Shown: piece after piece, positions 23,851 through 27,897 of the stretch | Numbering within the stretch: the stretch's first letter is position 1 | How the letters are laid out: each line of letters begins with the position of its first letter | Source of the DNA: Bacteroidales bacterium | GTDB lineage: Bacteria > Bacteroidota > Bacteroidia > Bacteroidales > UBA12481 | Length of the DNA stretch: 27,897 bases | Reading direction: 5' to 3' | NCBI GenBank assembly: GCA_046485255.1 | Contig: JAWOHI010000335.1 | Span: 1-27,897 of the forward strand | Notes under the pieces: generated by a model | Told to the model about the DNA's origin: nothing | The model's database searches: none | Seen by the model: only the letters and a program-made list of their open reading frames with translations | Translations under genes and position numbers: made by a program

Positions 23851-25011
23851 TTACAGCCTCGATTCCAATATCGCGGGCACCTCCTCGATGGTGAGGTCGC
23901 GGGCATTGCCCAGGCGGGCGACATTCCGGCTCCGCAGGTTCTCCAGGACACGGTCAATCACCTCTGCACCAATTTGATACTCCGACAAGCGGGTCTTGAT
24001 GCCGAGACAGCGGAAGAACTGCTCGGTATAGCGTATGGCCTCGTCAATGGCAGCCTGGTGGTCGAAGCTGGTGATTCCCCAGATTCGCTCGGCATACTGC
24101 AGCATCTTCTCCTTCCGCCTTTCCGCTGTCACCTTCATCACGCCCGGAAGGATAATGGCCAGGGTAACTGCGTGATCCAGACCATACAGGGCCGTCAGCT
24201 CGTGACCGAGTGTATGGGTGGTCCAGTCGGTCACCACCCCCATCGACAGGGAGCTGTTCAGGGCATTGGTGGCCGCCCACATAAAATTGGCCCGGTCAGC
24301 GTAAACCGGTTCCTCCGAGGCAAAAACCTTTGAACCCGTGTCCTTCAGGATCATCAGCAGGCTCTCGGCAAAACGGTCCTGCACTTCTGCCTGCGATGGG
24401 TAGGTGAGATACTGCTCCAGCACGTGGATGAAGGCATCCACCACGCCATTGGCAATCTGGTTTTTCGGGAGGGAATAGGTCACCTCCGGATCCAGGGCCG
24501 AAAAGCGGGGCATCACCCAGGGGGATCCGAAAGCGAGCTTCTGGCCCAATCCCTCACGGGTGACTACCGCGTTGGCGTTCATCTCAGTTCCGGTAGCCGG
24601 CAGCGTCAGAACCGCACCCAAAGGCAGCGCCGACACCACCGGGGCCTTGTTGAGCAGGATATCCCAGGGATCCTCCCCCTGGTAGTGGGCGGCGGCCGCG
24701 ATGAATTTGGAGCCGTCGATCACCGACCCGCCGCCAACCGCCAGGATGAACCCGATCCGGTGCTCCCGGATGAGTTCCAGGGCCGGCATCAGCTGCTCAT
24801 AGGCCGGATTGGGCTGTATGCCCGGAAATTCAATGAAGCGATGCCCTTCCAAGGCAGCCGCAACCTGCTGATAAACGCCGTTCCGCTTGATGCTTCCACC
24901 GCCGTAAGTGAACAAAACCGGCACATCCGCCGGAATGAAGGCACTGATTTTGCCAATGGCACCCTGGCCGAAGAGTATCCTGACCGGGTTGTAAAATTCG
25001 AAATTTTTCAT
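23851..25011 (-). CDS. Iron-containing alcohol dehydrogenase, NADPH-dependent YqhD/BdhA type, 386 aa
   Basis: MKNFEFYNPVRILFGQG, YGGGSIKRNG, GGGSVIDGSK, TLPATGTEMN, DAFIHVLEQY, HTLGHELTALYGLDHA. ATG 25011 is preferred over 25146, which overlaps the divergent gene. Confidence 0.93.
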   Translation of the reverse strand: MKNFEFYNPVRILFGQGAIGKISAFIPADVPVLFTYGGGSIKRNGVYQQVAAALEGHRFIEFPGIQPNPAYEQLMPALELIREHRIGFILAVGGGSVIDGSKFIAAAAHYQGEDPWDILLNKAPVVSALPLGAVLTLPATGTEMNANAVVTREGLGQKLAFGSPWVMPRFSALDPEVTYSLPKNQIANGVVDAFIHVLEQYLTYPSQAEVQDRFAESLLMILKDTGSKVFASEEPVYADRANFMWAATNALNSSLSMGVVTDWTTHTLGHELTALYGLDHAVTLAIILPGVMKVTAERRKEKMLQYAERIWGITSFDHQAAIDEAIRYTEQFFRCLGIKTRLSEYQIGAEVIDRVLENLRSRNVARLGNARDLTIEEVPAILESRL

Positions 25012-25041
25012 TTTATTGTGACAAGCAAATAACTGAACCGG

Positions 25042-25049
25042 CAAAAGTA
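25042..25049 (-). promoter_or_regulatory. Bacteroidota -7 promoter element for the yqhD-like gene
   Basis: Minus strand TACTTTTG(CCGG) is a perfect TAnnTTTG, 30 nt before the ATG at 25011. It is the same octamer as at nuoA (TACTTTTGGCGG). Confidence 0.6.
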
Positions 25050-25063
25050 AAAGGATTTGCATT

Positions 25064-26437
25064 ATGAAAAAGAATGAGCTGAAACTCATCGTTATTTTAT
25101 TGATTTCAAGTATTATCAGCGCCAGTGCCCAGGAGTCCTGGACCAACCTCGTCAGCGGCAGCTCACTTAAGGGATGGAAACAGCTGAACGGAACTGCTCA
25201 CTATGAGGCTCGGGATGGGCAGGTCGTGGGGACCACCGTCCTGGGATCGCCCAACAGCTTCCTTTGCACGGTCAAGGAGTATGGCGACTTCATCCTCGAA
25301 TATGAAGCTTGGGTTGACCCCTCCCTTAACTCGGGAGTCCAGATCCGCAGCCATAGCCTGAAAGAGTATCAAAACGGCCGGGTTCACGGCTACCAGGTGG
25401 AGATTGACCCATCAGAACGGGCCTGGAGTGCAGGCATTTACGACGAAGCCAGGAGGGCGTGGCTTTACACGCTCGAGGGCAATACCGCCGCGCAGAAGGC
25501 CTTCCGGCAAAACCAGTGGAACCATTACCGGGTGGAAGCCATTGGGCACTCCATCCGCACCTGGATCAACGGGGTTCCGGCGGCTAACCTGACCGACGAT
25601 TTGGATGCCAGCGGATTCATCGGGCTGCAGGTCCACGGCGTTGGCAACGATCCCGCCAAGGCAGGCATCCAGGTCAAATGGCGGAATATCAGGATCATGA
25701 CCACCAACCTGGAAATGAACCGGTGGTTTATGCCCGGGTGGGTCAGGGAGATATCAACCATCCCCAACACGCTGACCCGCGATGAGGTCCGTGAGGGTTG
25801 GAGCCTGCTCTGGGATGGACAATCGACCGCCGGATGGCGCGGAGCCGACCAGGCTGGATTTCCCCAATCCGGGTGGGAGATCCGGGACCGCCTGCTGACA
25901 GTCATCGAATCGGGCGGCGGGGAGAGCAGTCAGGGGGGAGATATCGTCACGATTGAGCAGTTTTCCGATTTTGAGCTCTCGGTGGATTTTTTGCTAACCA
26001 AAGGAGCCAACAGTGGCATCAAGTATATGGTCGCTGAAGGATTGAACCGGGGAGTTGGTTCTTCAATCGGGCTTGAATATCAATTACTTGACGACGCCAA
26101 TCACCCCGACGCCGCACAGGGTGTCGGTGGTAACCGGACACTGGCCTCCCTATACGACCTGATCCCGGCATCCGCCGATAAGCCGGTCAATCCAACAGGG
26201 CAATGGAATAACGCCCGCCTCGTGGTCAATGGAAACCACGTGGAGCATTGGCTCAACGGACGGAAAGTGGTGGAATACGAACGAAACAACCAGTTATTCA
26301 ACGCACTGGTTCAAAAAAGCAAGTACTCTGTTTATCCCGGCTTCGGCAATGCGCCCGAAGGGCACATCTTGCTCCAGGACCACGGAAATCGCGTGAGTTT
26401 CAAGAATATCAAGATTAAAACCACCCCCAGGAAATAA
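25064..26437 (+). CDS. Secreted tandem DUF1080 (3-keto-disaccharide hydrolase family) protein, 457 aa
   Basis: Signal peptide ending SIISASA-QES. Two repeats: NSGVQIR/GYQVEID/WNHYR/GFIGLQVHG/WRNI and NSGIKY/EYQLLDD/WNNAR/GHILLQDHG/FKNIKI. Confidence 0.9.
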   Translation: MKKNELKLIVILLISSIISASAQESWTNLVSGSSLKGWKQLNGTAHYEARDGQVVGTTVLGSPNSFLCTVKEYGDFILEYEAWVDPSLNSGVQIRSHSLKEYQNGRVHGYQVEIDPSERAWSAGIYDEARRAWLYTLEGNTAAQKAFRQNQWNHYRVEAIGHSIRTWINGVPAANLTDDLDASGFIGLQVHGVGNDPAKAGIQVKWRNIRIMTTNLEMNRWFMPGWVREISTIPNTLTRDEVREGWSLLWDGQSTAGWRGADQAGFPQSGWEIRDRLLTVIESGGGESSQGGDIVTIEQFSDFELSVDFLLTKGANSGIKYMVAEGLNRGVGSSIGLEYQLLDDANHPDAAQGVGGNRTLASLYDLIPASADKPVNPTGQWNNARLVVNGNHVEHWLNGRKVVEYERNNQLFNALVQKSKYSVYPGFGNAPEGHILLQDHGNRVSFKNIKIKTTPRK

Positions 26438-26441
26438 GACA

Positions 26442-27897
26442 ATGCCAAAAAAAATGAAAATAGTCCGACTTTTTATTCCAATGGCCCTCTCACTCCTGCT
26501 CTTTTCCTGCACCGCCAAGGATCAGAGTCCACGGGTCATACCGGCGCCGACGATGCTGGTAGAGACTGGCGGCCAGGTCACCATCGACCGCAACTGGTCG
26601 GTATTTGTACAAGATTCTGAAGCTCTGGCTTTTCATGGAGATTACCTGACTAGCCGCATCAGCAAGGCCACCGGGATGGACCTGCCGGTGGTCAAACGTG
26701 CCTCGGCCCGTACCATCAGTCTGCTTCTGGATGGACAACTGGCGGATTCCCTCGGATCCGAGGGGTATGAACTCACGGCTTCCGGCAAGGAGATCAGTAT
26801 CCTGGCAGCCACCGGAAGCGGGGTATTCAACGGCATTCAAACCCTGTTTCAGCTGCTGCCACCGGCCATCTACTCGGATGAGCCGGTCAGGGAGAAATGG
26901 TCGCTGCCCGCCGTCAAGGTTACCGACTCCCCGCGATTTGCGTGGCGGGGCTATATGCTTGACGTATCCAGGCATTTCTTTCCCGTGGAGCACGTCTATC
27001 GCCTGATCGACCAATTGGCTTACCACAAGCTGAACAAGCTTCACCTGCACCTCACCGATGATCAGGGGTGGCGCATTGAGATCAGGAAGTACCCTAAACT
27101 GACGGAGATTGGGGCGTGGAGGGTCAATCGGGAGAGCAACCACTGGAACTCCCGCGAGCCACAGCGGCCTGGCGAAATTGCCGATTACGGCGGGTTTTAC
27201 ACGCAGGATGACATTCGCAACCTGGTTCGATATGCCGCGGAGCGGAACATCACCATCATCCCTGAGATCGAAATGCCAGCCCACGCCACGGCAGCTCTGG
27301 CCTCCTATCCTGAGCACTCCTGTACGGGAGAACCGCTGACAGTCCTGCCGGGGGGCATCTGGCCCTGCACCAACATCTTCTGCGCCGGGAAGGAGGAAAC
27401 GTTCGCCTTCCTTGAAGACATACTGACTGAGATCATCGAGATCTTCCCTTCCCAGTTCATACATATTGGCGGGGATGAAGCCGACAAGACCGAATGGATC
27501 CAATGCCCGGCCTGCCAAAAACGGATCAGGCAGGAGAAGCTCCAGAACGAGCACGAGCTTCAGAGCTACTTCATACGGCGCATCGACCGGTTCCTCACGA
27601 GCCAGGGAAGAAGCCTGATCGGCTGGGATGAGATCCTGGAGGGCGGGCTGGCTGAAAATGCCGCAGTGATGTCGTGGCGCGGTTTCGAAGGTGGTGTGGA
27701 AGCCGCCCGGGCCGGCCATCCCGTGGTGATGTCGCCGACATCGCACTGCTACTTCGATTATTACCAGGGGAGCCCCGACCTGGAGCCCCTGGCCATCGGC
27801 GGATACCTGCCGCTGGAAAAGGTCTATTCCTTTGACCCGGTCCCTGAACAGCTGACCCGGGACGAAGGCCGGCTGATCCTCGGTGCCCAGGCCAACC
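26442..27897 (+). CDS. GH20 beta-N-acetylhexosaminidase lipoprotein (3'-partial, runs off window; absent from ORF track)
   Basis: Manual translation from ATG 26442: MPKKMKIVRLFIPMALSLLLFSC (lipobox), DSPRFAWRGYMLDVSRHFF, LHLHLTDDQGWRIEI, IIPEIEMPAH, IHIGGDEADK (catalytic DE), IGWDEI, VMSWRG, YFDYYQ, ILGAQAN. No stop codon before the window end. Confidence 0.95.
   Translation, partial: MPKKMKIVRLFIPMALSLLLFSCTAKDQSPRVIPAPTMLVETGGQVTIDRNWSVFVQDSEALAFHGDYLTSRISKATGMDLPVVKRASARTISLLLDGQLADSLGSEGYELTASGKEISILAATGSGVFNGIQTLFQLLPPAIYSDEPVREKWSLPAVKVTDSPRFAWRGYMLDVSRHFFPVEHVYRLIDQLAYHKLNKLHLHLTDDQGWRIEIRKYPKLTEIGAWRVNRESNHWNSREPQRPGEIADYGGFYTQDDIRNLVRYAAERNITIIPEIEMPAHATAALASYPEHSCTGEPLTVLPGGIWPCTNIFCAGKEETFAFLEDILTEIIEIFPSQFIHIGGDEADKTEWIQCPACQKRIRQEKLQNEHELQSYFIRRIDRFLTSQGRSLIGWDEILEGGLAENAAVMSWRGFEGGVEAARAGHPVVMSPTSHCYFDYYQGSPDLEPLAIGGYLPLEKVYSFDPVPEQLTRDEGRLILGAQAN

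Noticed and set aside
23833-23856. Bidirectional intrinsic terminator between dmsC and the yqhD-like gene
   Set aside because: Only a 3-4 bp stem (TCGG-CAA-CCGG) before ATTTTT; too weak to call.
26490-27746. 418-aa minus-strand ORF in the ORF track
   Set aside because: Antisense shadow of the plus-strand GH20 gene, which has all catalytic motifs and was omitted from the track only because it lacks a stop within the window.

Overview
A gene-dense chromosomal window, most likely from a GC-rich anaerobic Bacteroidota. This is an inference from TAnnTTTG promoter elements, A/T-rich SD-less ribosome-loading regions, Bacteroidota-style LipB/NuoI, and DUF1080 plus GH20 lipoprotein genes. No rRNA, tRNA, CRISPR array or mobile element was found. 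Left to right: the 3' part of a spermidine-synthase-like/membrane fusion gene; an AmmeMemoRadiSam radical SAM gene; an 11-subunit complex I-like operon (nuoA-B-C-D-H-I-J-K-L-M-N, no nuoEFG) with a 108-aa unknown ORF at its end; a convergent minus-strand sulfur-redox operon (Tat-exported PsrA/PhsA-like molybdoenzyme, 4x[4Fe-4S] PsrB, NrfD/PsrC, two half-size YeeE/YedE proteins, an anchored rhodanese-fold protein); divergent lipA-lipB; a DmsABC-like molybdoenzyme operon; a YqhD-like Fe-alcohol dehydrogenase; a tandem DUF1080 protein; and a GH20 hexosaminidase lipoprotein that runs off the end and is missing from the ORF track. The best candidates for undescribed biology are three. First, the rhodanese-fold protein lacks its catalytic Cys and carries its only Cys on a C-terminal ...KKKVSGGC arm, within a Psr + split-YeeE operon. 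Second, the 108-aa ORF may be an accessory or electron-input factor of the N-module-less complex I. Third, these modules cluster with two quinol-dependent terminal reductases. All functional calls come from motif recognition by eye; no database searches were run.
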